64,000 nt of DNA from a virus (Duplodnaviria > Caudoviricetes): IMG/VR virus record IMGVR_UViG_3300036713_000599. The stretch is one strand, 5' to 3'. The translations under genes were made by a program, and so were the position numbers. The notes beneath the pieces were generated by a model. It ran no database searches and had not been told where the DNA came from. It worked only from the letters and a program-made list of their open reading frames with translations. Positions 1-10,300 of this stretch are shown here, in pieces; position 1 is the first letter of the stretch, and every line of letters begins with the position of its first letter.

Positions 1-2
1 GT

Positions 3-386
3 GGCTTGCTCAACAAGCTCTTTGGTAAAGAAGGGCCCAGCAAGGGCAACAAAGCCATCTATGTCGCCAATTCTGTTCCGGAGGATCGGGTCGATCGTGA
101 TGGTAAGCTTATCCCCCCAGGTACGCCAGACTCCAAGGGGCACACACAGGCTGTGGTTGTACCTATTGAGGAGCCAGGCCTTTTCGACGATCCTAACGTG
201 ATCAAAATCACGCCTCCAGGAAAGAAAAAACCTGTAGAGGTCGTGCTCCCAGATGGTGTAAAATCCAAAGATGTGGAGAAGGTCGTGATAGTAAAGCCGG
301 ATGTCACGGTTGTGACTGTGACCGATAGCAGTGGTGTGACGGCCGAAAGCATCGACAATCTCTTGGAGAGATACGGTTCACGATAA
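3..386 (+). CDS. Hypothetical Pro/Val-rich protein, 5'-truncated by the window edge
   Basis: Frame is open from the window edge to TAA at 384-386, co-oriented with the next gene. No recognisable motif. Confidence 0.55.
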   Translation, partial: GLLNKLFGKEGPSKGNKAIYVANSVPEDRVDRDGKLIPPGTPDSKGHTQAVVVPIEEPGLFDDPNVIKITPPGKKKPVEVVLPDGVKSKDVEKVVIVKPDVTVVTVTDSSGVTAESIDNLLERYGSR

Positions 387-402
387 AAAGGATCGTTGGA
401 TA

Positions 403-1095
403 ATGTCTACGCCTATTGTAGCAAAAGTTGCGCTTATATCTCTCCTCTTCACTATTCCCGTTTGGGCGAAAGAACGGGTTGTGCTGCCCAGCGAAACTGG
501 TGAGATAGTCGGGATCGAGGAGAAGAAAGAGTCTGAAAAGGGCGTAATGTGCACAGCGCCCTCACAGTGTGTTGCTGGTAAGGACATGTACACGATGGTA
601 CAGGTGCTGAAGTCACGAAAGTGCCAGCTTTCGGAACTTCCTCGGTTTGAGCTTGATCCTATTCAAATTGTTGTCGACAAACAGGGCCGTATTTTCTCTT
701 CTGGTGCAGACCCCAAACCCTACTCTCTCAAGATGGCGTGGTGTGATATCACTGTGAAGGCCGAGGGGAGAGTCGAGGTAGTGACGGCTATGAAGAAGCC
801 GCCCATTTGGGGGTTCCGTTTCCGACCGAAGGCGTATATGGGATTACTGCCTTTGGAATCGTTTCACGAAGGCTTACGGGGATTCAGTGACCTGACAGAC
901 GCCGGATTTATGATCGATTTCCTATACTATGATTGGGCCAACCTCAACGCCGCTGTAGGCTATCGTAGCGTGGGAGGCGGGGTAGGGCTTGACCTGACTG
1001 AAAATTTCGGTCTATACGGCGGCTACGGGATCGCATGGGGCAGTTGGAATCACAACGTCAACCTCTCCCTGACTTTCAGTTTCTGGAACCCGTGA
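403..1095 (+). CDS. Secreted, outer-membrane-like protein (signal peptide, C-terminal amphipathic beta strands)
   Basis: N-terminal MSTPIVAKVALISLLFTIPVWA-KE signal peptide. C-terminal strands (SVGGGVGLDL, NFGLYGGYGI, NVNLSLTFSFW) alternate hydrophobic residues and end near an aromatic residue. Confidence 0.55.
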   Translation: MSTPIVAKVALISLLFTIPVWAKERVVLPSETGEIVGIEEKKESEKGVMCTAPSQCVAGKDMYTMVQVLKSRKCQLSELPRFELDPIQIVVDKQGRIFSSGADPKPYSLKMAWCDITVKAEGRVEVVTAMKKPPIWGFRFRPKAYMGLLPLESFHEGLRGFSDLTDAGFMIDFLYYDWANLNAAVGYRSVGGGVGLDLTENFGLYGGYGIAWGSWNHNVNLSLTFSFWNP

Positions 1096-1122
1096 TGGCA
1101 CCGTTAAGCTCGATATACGATC

Positions 1123-1341
1123 ATGAAGCATCAATTTAAAAAGGGCAAAATTATTTCTTTCCGCCCGTCCACCTGCTGGGGAGTTGTCGAAGTTAGTGGA
1201 GAGGAATACGACTTCTTCTCGACATGCTTCGCAGCTATCCAGAAGCCGCGGTTCCCAAGAGCTGGGGAAGAAGTCGGTGTGGTGCTAAATCCCAAGGGGA
1301 TGGGATTAACTGTCCAAATCATGGTTTCAAAAGCGCCATGA
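1123..1341 (+). CDS. Cold-shock-domain-like small OB-fold protein
   Basis: 72 aa. KGKIISF..STCWGVV..SGEEYDFF..GEEV aligns by eye with the CspA pattern G.VKWF...KGFGFI....DVFVH..G..V. Confidence 0.45.
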   Translation: MKHQFKKGKIISFRPSTCWGVVEVSGEEYDFFSTCFAAIQKPRFPRAGEEVGVVLNPKGMGLTVQIMVSKAP

Positions 1342-1498
1342 TATTTTCAGGACAATAGGCTGACACCGAAGAACTCCCGGCCATAACCCAAAAGATTCTA
1401 GGATTGCAGTGAAGATGGTGCCAACTTGGTTGTCGTTGGTTCCACTTCTCATCAATTCTATCCTTACCGCCAGAAAGTATAGTTGTCCTCCCTCCTTT

Positions 1499-1508
1499 GG
1501 TGTATGTC
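1499..1508 (+). promoter_or_regulatory. GGTG-TAnnnN promoter motif
   Basis: GGTGTATGTC; the GGTGTA hexamer ends 10 nt before ATG 1515. Confidence 0.6.
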
Positions 1509-1514
1509 ATCAGG

Positions 1515-3302
1515 ATGGCAGAAAAACCAAAAGTCAACCTGTCTCCACCAATGGCAAAGGCGTATGAGCGTCTCAAGCAGGTCAGAGCCTCCAAGACTGT
1601 GAGTCTTAAACCAAGCAGTCGACTTAAACAGGAGATCACGAGCATCGGGGGAGGGACGGAGAGATTTGATCTTCGGTACTACCAGGTACAAGGCGTGTAC
1701 CACATGATGACGCTCAAGAGGATGGTGCTCGGGGACGATTGTGGACTGGGCAAGACGGTCGAGACTTTGGCCGCAATGGCCTACCTGTGGGACTCGAAGG
1801 CGGAGGCGAACCACAAGGTCATTGTGGTTGCTCCTAAGAGTGCCATGAACCAATGGGCTGACGAGATCAAACGATTCCTCGTGGGAGTTGAACCCATTGT
1901 GGCTTCGGCTAAACCGAAGAAGGGTAAGTCTGCTCTCGAACTTCGGACGGAAAAGTACGAAAAGTGGCGGGACGCCAAAGGTCCGACCGTGCTCATCACG
2001 AACTACGCTCTGCTAGTGCGAGATTGGAACGAGGGAGGATTCCGCCCTCTCAAACCAAACGGTAAACCTGACCCTAACAAACCTGTAAAGCCTGGATTGT
2101 TGGATAAAATCACAGAGGACGTAGCAAAAGGAAATCTCACGATAATCTTCGACGAAGCGACTGCGTTTAAATCGAAGCGGACCAAGACGTGGGAGACTGC
2201 CTATTTCCTTAGTCAGCGGGCGAACAGGTGTTATGGCTTGACTGCGACTCTTCTGAAGAACCGCCTCTTTGAGGGTTATTGTATCTACGGTGTGGTCCGT
2301 CCTGGACTGTTCACCACACAGTCAAAGTTTTACGACCAGTACTGTTTCGTTGAGCTGAAAAAGGTGGGCAAAGCTCGCATACCTCTCATCAAGGGTTACA
2401 AAAATCTTGACCAATTCAGGGCAACCATCGACCCATTCTTTCTTGGTCGGAAGAAACACATGGTGGCTAAGGAATTGCCCACACTTACGACAAAGGAGAT
2501 TGTCGTTGAGCTGTCGAGGCCGGAGGAGATTAAGTACGCAGAGGCCCTCACTGGTATTTTCGAACTGGGTGATGGTGAACTGAAAGTCTATGAAGACAAC
2601 AAGGCGTTGGTAAGCCTTATCTATTGTCAGCAAGTGGTCAACTCACTCGCGACACTCAAATTCGATGAGGATTCCGGTGTGGACGATGACCTCATAAATG
2701 ACCCCAAGAGGTACAAGGTGGGTTCTTTGGGGTCGAAGGAGCAGGCGTTGGTTGACTTGCTCTCGGAACAACTCGAAGATCAGAAGGTAATTGTTTACAC
2801 CCGGTTCGCGTCCCTTGTGCCAAGACTCCAGGCTATCCTGAAAAAAGCAGGGGTGGCGTCGACTCGTATCACAGGTATGGAGACTGACGACAAGGTACGC
2901 CAAAAGAATCAAAAGATGTTCCAGGACCCTGAAGGGGACGTGAATGTCATCTTCATCACGGATGCAGGGTCGGAGGCGATCAATCTCCAGATGGCGGCAG
3001 CGACCGTCTTTTACGACGCTCCATGGTCGTGGGGAAATTACATCCAGATTCTCGGACGTATGATTCGCATCGGTTCGCCCCACAAGGGTGTGCTGGTGTT
3101 TCATCTCGTGGCTGCGAGGCCCGGCAAGAAAGAGGCTGCGGACAGTAAGACGATTGATCACCACGTGTTGAGTCTGCTTCGGAGCAAACGGGGTTTCATT
3201 GACAAGATTCTCGGTGAGGGTGCTGTGGGTGCCCTGACTTTTGACAAGAGCGGGAAAGACCTACACGAGCTTGTTCGATTATTGCAAGGCCCCTCCAAGT
3301 AA
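1515..3302 (+). CDS. SNF2-family (SF2) helicase/ATPase
   Basis: Motif I GDDCGLGKT, motif Ia VVAPKS, motif II IIFDEA, motif III LTAT, HELICc ITDAGSEAINL and QILGRMIRIG. Start moved to ATG 1515 on the promoter motif. Confidence 0.9.
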   Translation: MAEKPKVNLSPPMAKAYERLKQVRASKTVSLKPSSRLKQEITSIGGGTERFDLRYYQVQGVYHMMTLKRMVLGDDCGLGKTVETLAAMAYLWDSKAEANHKVIVVAPKSAMNQWADEIKRFLVGVEPIVASAKPKKGKSALELRTEKYEKWRDAKGPTVLITNYALLVRDWNEGGFRPLKPNGKPDPNKPVKPGLLDKITEDVAKGNLTIIFDEATAFKSKRTKTWETAYFLSQRANRCYGLTATLLKNRLFEGYCIYGVVRPGLFTTQSKFYDQYCFVELKKVGKARIPLIKGYKNLDQFRATIDPFFLGRKKHMVAKELPTLTTKEIVVELSRPEEIKYAEALTGIFELGDGELKVYEDNKALVSLIYCQQVVNSLATLKFDEDSGVDDDLINDPKRYKVGSLGSKEQALVDLLSEQLEDQKVIVYTRFASLVPRLQAILKKAGVASTRITGMETDDKVRQKNQKMFQDPEGDVNVIFITDAGSEAINLQMAAATVFYDAPWSWGNYIQILGRMIRIGSPHKGVLVFHLVAARPGKKEAADSKTIDHHVLSLLRSKRGFIDKILGEGAVGALTFDKSGKDLHELVRLLQGPSK

Positions 3303-3304
3303 TA

Positions 3305-3314
3305 GGTGTATCTA
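3305..3314 (+). promoter_or_regulatory. GGTG-TA promoter motif
   Basis: GGTGTATCTA, 9 nt before ATG 3320. Confidence 0.55.
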
Positions 3315-3319
3315 GAAAT

Positions 3320-4132
3320 ATGACGGATCAGCCTCTGTGTTCAAAATGTGGAATGCCTAAGATTCCCGGTTGCAATGGGAATGGGTCGATTCCAGTCAAC
3401 GAGTTCACCGTTCGACCTTGCAGGAACATGCTTTCTATACTCCTGAGACAAAAGCTCGGTCCGGAGATAAGTAGTTCTACTCATGTCAGCAAAAGCCCCC
3501 TTTTCCAGATGCAGAAGGGCTGCCCACCAACGGTGGACCTGACAAATAAGGACGTATTCATCGATTGCCCGTGGCCTAATCTCCTGCCCCACCTAAAGTG
3601 GGTTCTCGGCTGCAAAGGCCTGAACTTCAGCTTTCGAATCGTTACCGACCAGCAAATTAAAAATGTCTACGTCGGGAACGAGCAATACAAGAATAAGCCA
3701 AAGGGCTCTCGCGACTCCGAAGAGGTGTTTAATTCACTGACTGACCTCATGGAGGGACATGACTTAGTCATTCTTCGACTAGGTTTCATTGGTTATCCAA
3801 ACAAGGCAGCTGCAGGAGCCTTATTGGAAGCGCTGATGATCAGCGAGGCTGCTGGGTCCACCGTCTGGGTGGTGCATGACGAGAATCGACCTTGGTTTCA
3901 CTCCCGTGACGCCGAGGTAGAGGAGTACATTAGGGCAAGGTTCGAAGAAGTCGAGGTCGAGCCTATCGACCCAGGGGAAGACTATGAAAATCCAGACGAC
4001 CTGGATTTAGGTATGTCGGTTGTCGATTCTGATGAGCTAGAAGAAGAGTTCAACCAAGCAGAACCCGACCCAGACGACGACGACATAGAATTGTTGTCGA
4101 GACCCAAGAAAAACAAGAATGGAGGTCGTTGA
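3320..4132 (+). CDS. Putative helicase-loader-like protein (N-terminal Cys cluster, degenerate DnaC/IstB-like region, acidic tail)
   Basis: CSKC..C..C cluster, HDLVILRLG Walker-B-like strand, no Walker A. Overlaps the dnaB start. Function inferred mostly from position. Confidence 0.4.
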   Translation: MTDQPLCSKCGMPKIPGCNGNGSIPVNEFTVRPCRNMLSILLRQKLGPEISSSTHVSKSPLFQMQKGCPPTVDLTNKDVFIDCPWPNLLPHLKWVLGCKGLNFSFRIVTDQQIKNVYVGNEQYKNKPKGSRDSEEVFNSLTDLMEGHDLVILRLGFIGYPNKAAAGALLEALMISEAAGSTVWVVHDENRPWFHSRDAEVEEYIRARFEEVEVEPIDPGEDYENPDDLDLGMSVVDSDELEEEFNQAEPDPDDDDIELLSRPKKNKNGGR

Positions 4133-6147
4133 TGATTCGCCTTCTCCGATCAGTCATCGACTTCGAAGATGGCAAGATAGACCAAGAGACTCTCTCAATT
4201 AATTTTCGACACTTGTTGGGATCGAGCATCCAATGGAACCGACCCGACGACGAACGACTCTTCAAGTTTATCAAGACGTATTTTGAGCACAATCTCCCCA
4301 ACCTGCCTTCAGCCCAGACGGTAGAGGACTACTTCAACAAATCCAACGATATTGAGACGATCGAGCGACTTAAGGATATCGAGGGGCAGCCTGTCTACAC
4401 AGACGCAAATTTCACATTCTTGCTCCGCCAGCTCTTAGACGAGCAAAACAAGATTCGGATGCTGAAATTGCTCAAGGATACCCAAGAGGTGGTGAGCAAA
4501 GGCCTGGAGGTCAAAGAGGGAAGGGAAACGAAGATCTATAAAGGGACGACAGAGGCCCACCTTTTCTACAATGCGAGGGCTGTTGACCTTTTACCCACCG
4601 TGTCTAACACACGGACGAGGGGCGACCTCCGCACTCTCACGGAGGAATCATGGGAAGAATACTTGGCTGCCGAGCACGATTCCAGCAAAGCCTACGGCAA
4701 GCTTACCGGGATCAATGATATCGATAAAGTTTGCAAAGGAATCAAAAAAGGAGAGATGTGGGTCCACGCCGGCTTTGCAGGCGAACTGAAGTCCAGTTAT
4801 TCCATGAACTGGTGCTATAACCTAGTCACGAGATACAGGACAAATGTCTTCTACGTGTCGCTAGAGATGCCGCTTGAACAGGTTCAGCGGATCATCCATG
4901 TGCTCCACTCGGCAAACGGCAAATTCGCGGCCCAAGGTAAGGAGCCTTTGGATTATCGGAAGGTAAGGGACGGGGAACTTTCTCCAGAAGAGAAAGAGTT
5001 CTACAAAGAGGTCCTCCACGATTTCGCCAACAACCCGAACTACACACGTTTCGAAATTTGGTGCCCTGATCGAGACGTCACTATCGACGATATTCGGATC
5101 GAAGCCGAGCTAATGCATCGGCAGATGGAGGTCGGGCTCCTGGTTATTGACCATGGTGGGTTGGTTGAAGCTCAACGCAGAAACTCGAACTACACGGTGG
5201 AGTTGAACACTGTTCTCCGGGGCAGCAAGAAACTGGCTTTGCACTTCAATGGAGGCGAAGGTGTCCCCTTGCTCATGCTCTTTCAGATCAACCGTGACGG
5301 TAAGGATCAGGCTGACAAGAATGACGGAGCCTACAAGATGAGAGCCCTTAGCTACGCAAATGAGTGTCTTGCGGAAGGCACTCTTGTGCGAACCTCCATG
5401 GGACTCATTCCTATCGAGAAAGTTGAGCCAGGTTACTTAGTCCACAGCAGTACGGGCTGGAAGACAGTATCGCACCGATTCAACCAAGGTGTCCGGAAAA
5501 CGGTTGCGGTGATAACCGATGGAGGTATTAGGGTCACGTGTACGCCCGACCACCGATTCCAGACGATTGGGGAGGACGGTTTAAAGTGGGTCGAAGCAAA
5601 AGATTTGAAAGGCCTGTACGCCTTAGCAGATATGCCTCACTACGACACCCTGTGGCCTATCGGTTCTCTTTATTCTCGATTGTGCGAAAAGTACAGAGTT
5701 CCTCGCCAAAACCTCATCACATCAAGTGCATTAGACTCTCTTCTTAGTTTCGATAACACTGGTTTGATGTTAGAAGAAGACCTTGCGTTACTTCGCAGGC
5801 TTCTCAGCTGCCACCCGCAGCAAGTGGTCGCTGTCAAAGAAGGCCCCGAAGTGCCTGTATTCGATCTGGAAGTCTCTGGTGACCACGAGTACTCTACAGG
5901 TGGACTTCTGACTCATAACTGCGAACGCAGTGCCGACGTAATAACGACCACCTACCTCAACGATCAGCACCGGCAGGCGGGCACAACCGTATGCTGTAAC
6001 CTGAAAAATCGGGACAACCCTCTATTCGAGAAAATGCTAATTGGAGTCGACTTCAAATGCCGTCGACTCAAGAATTACGACATCTCGCAAGTCGAGGGAC
6101 ATGGTATGGGCTGCGAAGACCCTGACGACGTGTTAGGGATGGTGTGA
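4132..6147 (+). CDS. dnaB: DnaB-like replicative helicase containing a mini-intein
   Basis: GIKKGEMWVHAGFAGELKS (Walker A variant), FYVSLEM, LLVIDH, LLMLFQINR, and ALSYANE/CERSADVI (equivalent to ESG/SIEQDAD). SD GGAGG 6 nt before ATG 4132. Confidence 0.88.
   Translation: MIRLLRSVIDFEDGKIDQETLSINFRHLLGSSIQWNRPDDERLFKFIKTYFEHNLPNLPSAQTVEDYFNKSNDIETIERLKDIEGQPVYTDANFTFLLRQLLDEQNKIRMLKLLKDTQEVVSKGLEVKEGRETKIYKGTTEAHLFYNARAVDLLPTVSNTRTRGDLRTLTEESWEEYLAAEHDSSKAYGKLTGINDIDKVCKGIKKGEMWVHAGFAGELKSSYSMNWCYNLVTRYRTNVFYVSLEMPLEQVQRIIHVLHSANGKFAAQGKEPLDYRKVRDGELSPEEKEFYKEVLHDFANNPNYTRFEIWCPDRDVTIDDIRIEAELMHRQMEVGLLVIDHGGLVEAQRRNSNYTVELNTVLRGSKKLALHFNGGEGVPLLMLFQINRDGKDQADKNDGAYKMRALSYANECLAEGTLVRTSMGLIPIEKVEPGYLVHSSTGWKTVSHRFNQGVRKTVAVITDGGIRVTCTPDHRFQTIGEDGLKWVEAKDLKGLYALADMPHYDTLWPIGSLYSRLCEKYRVPRQNLITSSALDSLLSFDNTGLMLEEDLALLRRLLSCHPQQVVAVKEGPEVPVFDLEVSGDHEYSTGGLLTHNCERSADVITTTYLNDQHRQAGTTVCCNLKNRDNPLFEKMLIGVDFKCRRLKNYDISQVEGHGMGCEDPDDVLGMV
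5365..5919 (+). mobile_element. Mini-intein (185 aa, no homing endonuclease) in DnaB
   Basis: Starts CLAEGTLVRT, block B TCTPDHRF, ends FDLEVSGDHEYSTGGLLTHN followed by Cys. Position matches the classic DnaB ESG/SIEQD intein site. Confidence 0.92.
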
Positions 6148-6809
6148 CCATGGTTTCGGAACGAGACATCCGGAGAGAAAAAGAATCCAAAGAAGCGTGG
6201 TTTTCCTGGCTCATGCAAAGAGTGGAAACCATACATAATAAGGTCACCGCCCACGATGTCCTTCGAAACGGTGGTGTCGAACTCGGCTCTACAGACGGAG
6301 AAGAGCAATTCCAGTGTCCTTTTCACGGACAAGACAACAAACCCAGTGCTCGTGTATACCCTTCCAACGGGGAGAAGCGGTCCCATGCGTGGTGCTTCGT
6401 GTGCCAGGAGAGATGGGATATGTTGGCACTGTGGAAGAAGTTTAATTCAGCCGAGGAGATGTCTTTCAGTGCTGTGGTGACGAGCATTGAAAAAGAGTAC
6501 GGCATTACTCCGCCGGAAATGCCACAAGAAGCCACATATAGGGGGCCTAGGGAGGACCCTGCCCTTGACCGCTTCAATGCTCTTTACAAGGCATGTGAGA
6601 ACCGCCTGAGGTCATCCAGAGAAGCGTACTACAAGCTCAAGGACTTAAATGGGTTCCTTAGCGCAGGCTCAGTCCTCGACCGCCTCCATTACAGAGTGAG
6701 CAAGGGGAAAATGCCAGCGACGCAAGGGGAGAGAGTGCTCAAGGATTTGATCGGGCGTATCGGAGCTAAGGTGCGGTCCGTTCCGACAGAGGATTTACCT
6801 AATGGCTAG
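6144..6809 (+). CDS. Primase-type CHC2 zinc-finger protein without a TOPRIM domain
   Basis: CPFHGQDNKPSARVY...HAWCFVCQERWD matches the DnaG zinc-binding domain. The rest is helical with no DxD TOPRIM motif. Confidence 0.8.
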   Translation: MTMVSERDIRREKESKEAWFSWLMQRVETIHNKVTAHDVLRNGGVELGSTDGEEQFQCPFHGQDNKPSARVYPSNGEKRSHAWCFVCQERWDMLALWKKFNSAEEMSFSAVVTSIEKEYGITPPEMPQEATYRGPREDPALDRFNALYKACENRLRSSREAYYKLKDLNGFLSAGSVLDRLHYRVSKGKMPATQGERVLKDLIGRIGAKVRSVPTEDLPNG

Positions 6810-6975
6810 AACATACCTCGCACGCAGAGATATTGAGCCCGGTCTTATTAGGAAGATCGATGAGATTGATAGGTTGGTCAGGACCACACGGCGGATTGCC
6901 TGGACGAGTATTTTGTTCAGCATTGCCATCTTACTTCTGGGGCTATTCTTGATTTTCCAATGTCCCGTTCAATAA
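6802..6975 (+). CDS. Small single-pass membrane protein (57 aa, below the ORF-track cutoff)
   Basis: ATG 6802 to TAA 6975, translated by hand as MARTYLARRDIEPGLIRKIDEIDRLVRTTRRIAWTSILFSIAILLLGLFLIFQCPVQ. Fills the gap between neighbours with overlaps. Confidence 0.6.
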   Translation: MARTYLARRDIEPGLIRKIDEIDRLVRTTRRIAWTSILFSIAILLLGLFLIFQCPVQ

Positions 6976-7397
6976 AACTCATAACACGGGAAAAGGGCGA
7001 ATTACACCTCCTATTGCTGACCGGATGGGAAGGGGAGTGGGCTATCTTGAGAGGAACCGTCTACGGTGACCTACTGAGCGTGATCAGTAGGGACGTTGTC
7101 GACCACGCTTTGCACGGATGGTCGCGCCCTCTCGTGGATGCTCTCGGGATCCCTCCCGATGGTGCTTTACGAAAAGTACCGGTAGCGGCTCGTTGGTGCT
7201 GGCTAAAACATAAACGTCCCCCGCATCTGCGGTCCTGCCCCCTACAAGGTCCTGAATGCCACCATGTGGCGAAGAAGATGCCTTGGTGCTTTGAGCCCAC
7301 GGAAGCGGATGACAGTATTCGTCGAATGGCTGCGAAAGCTATCGAGCAATGGAGGGAAGGGGTGTATGTGGTGGTAGTGGAGGAAGCCTATGACTGA
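6960..7397 (+). CDS. Hypothetical protein with Cys cluster
   Basis: 145-aa ORF overlapping the pol start. C..CPL..C..CF pattern. Confidence 0.65.
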   Translation: MSRSIKLITREKGELHLLLLTGWEGEWAILRGTVYGDLLSVISRDVVDHALHGWSRPLVDALGIPPDGALRKVPVAARWCWLKHKRPPHLRSCPLQGPECHHVAKKMPWCFEPTEADDSIRRMAAKAIEQWREGVYVVVVEEAYD

Positions 7398-10300
7398 TGA
7401 CATGAACGTGGAAGACGTTGACTTTGAAGAAATGTTCAAAGAACCTCCCAAGAAGCCGAAAGCTAAGGTGACCCCTGTCGGAGATATCGGGGGTGATATA
7501 GACGAATTTCTGGCGGATGTGAAGCCAGCAGACGAACAAGAAGCCAAAATGCTGACTAAGCCGTGGATGAAATTCCACGAGTTTATTTTGGTTAAAACCA
7601 TTGAGGAAGTCAAGGCTCTTGTCGATGCAGCCATTAAACACGGTCGGTGTTCCCTCGATCTGGAGACAGAAGGGCTCGATAATCGCATCGACTACGACGG
7701 GGAGGGTAGACCTTACACGCGACATAAGATCGTGGGCTACTGTATCTCAGTCAAAGGTGTGGGACATTATCTCCCCCTTAGGCACAAGTACGATAAAACG
7801 TACAAACAAGCAAACCCCAACCTTCCTATAGAAGAGACGGACGCCGAAATCAAACGATTGTGTCTGGCAGCTCAACCCGTGATTGCGGAGGATGCTCCGG
7901 ATCAGTACGCTTCTCCAAAATTTGAGAAGCCCCCGCAGCTAGTCATCTACTTCTGGCATGCGAAATTTGATCAAGAGTTTCTGTACCCTGTGACAGGAAT
8001 TCACTTTTGGCATCCCGATTCCTTTGAGGATGGGATGCTTTCGACTTACGTGCTCTATACAGACGACGTGCTCAGCCTCAAGGTGAACGCCAAAGAGAGG
8101 TTGAAAGTCCAGGACCCAGAGACGGGGGAAGTGCACCCCTACGAGATGATCGAATTCACGGAACTCTTTCAAAAGGGGACCCCCAAGAGGTTCGCCAATC
8201 TATACCCTCGGGACGGGACAGGGATGGTGCTGTATGCCTGCTCAGACGCTATCTGTACTGAGCTGTTGTGTGAAGCCAAGAAGGTCGTGTGGAAGCATAC
8301 AGTCGAGGGACTCAAGTACGAGTACAAGAGTCCTGTGGGCCCTTCTCATGGGCCGAAGTTTCGAGGTATCCTTCGGATCGAAAAACAGGCTGCCCAGGCT
8401 GTACGAGAAATGGAGCGTTCTCGTACACTTGTAGACAAAGATGCAATTGAAGACCTTCTTGAAGAGGCGTATAAAGAAAAGCAAGAATTTGAGGAAAAGT
8501 TGGTAATGGCCGCGAAGGCTAAGGGATTTGAGGGTTTTAATCCATCCTCCACTGCACAACTCTCCGACTTCCTCTTCACGAAGCGTGGTTTGGATCTGCC
8601 AGGCAAGCCTGAGAAAAATGAGGCAAGCGGACAATACAAGACAGACGCGAAGACGCTGGAGGCCATCTACGAAAACAATCAGGATATCGAGGTCCTTCGA
8701 TGGGTCGTAATGTACCGACAAATTGATAAAACCATCGGGACGTATCTCACCAAGCTCAGTCACAACACGGACGAGTTTAATCAACTCCGGTTCAACTTTC
8801 AGCAAACAGGGGCTGGGACAGGTAGATTCACCGCCCCTCAGGGTAAAGCAGAGGAAGGCTTCGCAGCCGTTCCGATCCACGGTATCCCTGCCAGATCGGA
8901 TCCGAAACGACCGAAGGTCGCTAATTCCCTTCGCCGACTGTTTGTCGCCCATGAAGGATACGTGATCGTCAAGGTCGACTATGCAGGCCAAGAGCTTCGT
9001 GTAGTTACCTGTATCACCAAAGAGCCTAAGTGGAGGAAGGAGTTCCTAGAGGGGACAGGAGACTTACATACCCTCACGGCCCAAGCATTTTTTGGAGACC
9101 ACATTACAAAGAATCACAAGAAAGAACGTACTTGTGGAAAAATCGCGAACTTCGCTCTAATATACGGGGGCGGGGTAGGGGCCGTCCAACGAGCGGTCGG
9201 TTGCGACAAGGTTGAGGCAGCTCGAAAGAAAGAAGCTTTCGACGCCAGCGTCCCGACCTTTTCCTCGTGGGTTAAAAGTCAGCACAGGCTCGTCAAGAAA
9301 AACAAGTATGTTACGACAGGGTTTGGTCGGTACATTTCTGTTCCTGACGCAAATATCAAAGCAGGGGAATACACAGCACGGACGAAGAAGCACCCTCCAA
9401 AGCTCGTGGACGAAAAGACGGCGAGAAAGATCAGGGCCTCTTGTGAGAGGCAGTCAACCAACTTTCCTGTGCAAGGTTGCAATTTTTATGCCAGTTTGGT
9501 GAATACTCGAAAAGGTTGGGTAAAAATAGGGGAATTGTGTGGTTCGGGCGAAACTTTCTCGGTTTGGACGGGCACAAGGTGGGCAGACGCTACAGCCCAT
9601 GACATGGGTGGGTGTGAGCTTGCCAATGTTTACTTAACGGATGGTACTACCGTTAGGTGCGACACTCGACACAAGCTTTTGGTGGTCTCGGACCAGGGTT
9701 ACGACTGGGTGGACTACCAGGACTTAGAACCAGGGATGGCGGTTGCGACCTCTCTCTGTGAACAGGTAGAGTACACTCCCCCGCCTTTACCTCTCATAGA
9801 ACACCGACCCAATACCAAGGACATGGAGTCTCTTTGGTACTGGTTAGGTAGGTATGTAGGCGACAGCTGGTTTAGCGTGTTTAGTGGGACTACCTTACAA
9901 TACTCATTTGGAGATCACGAGAAAGAAGCTATAGAGGCGTGTCGAACTTTCTGGGAGAAAGTGGGCGTTAGTGCTGACGTTGGATCGAATACACACACTC
10001 CCTGTCGAGAAATGTCCACTCGTTGCACAGTTACTGTTCAGAGTCGAGAACTGCACGACTGGCTTAAGTTGATTGGGCTGAAGGAAGGCGCCACAACGCA
10101 CACCAAACGGGCCCCGTCCAGGGTCTTCAGTGAGACACTAGCTAATCGAAAGGCGTTTCTTCGAGGAGTCGTGGATTCTGGTGGGCATGAGCCCAAGCTT
10201 CCGAAGAAAATCAATGGAGTACGGGAAACCAGTAAAAAAGGGAATCCTTACAACATCCATCTGTGCCAGCGTCCTTTGCTGGAAGATTTGAAGCTGCTGT

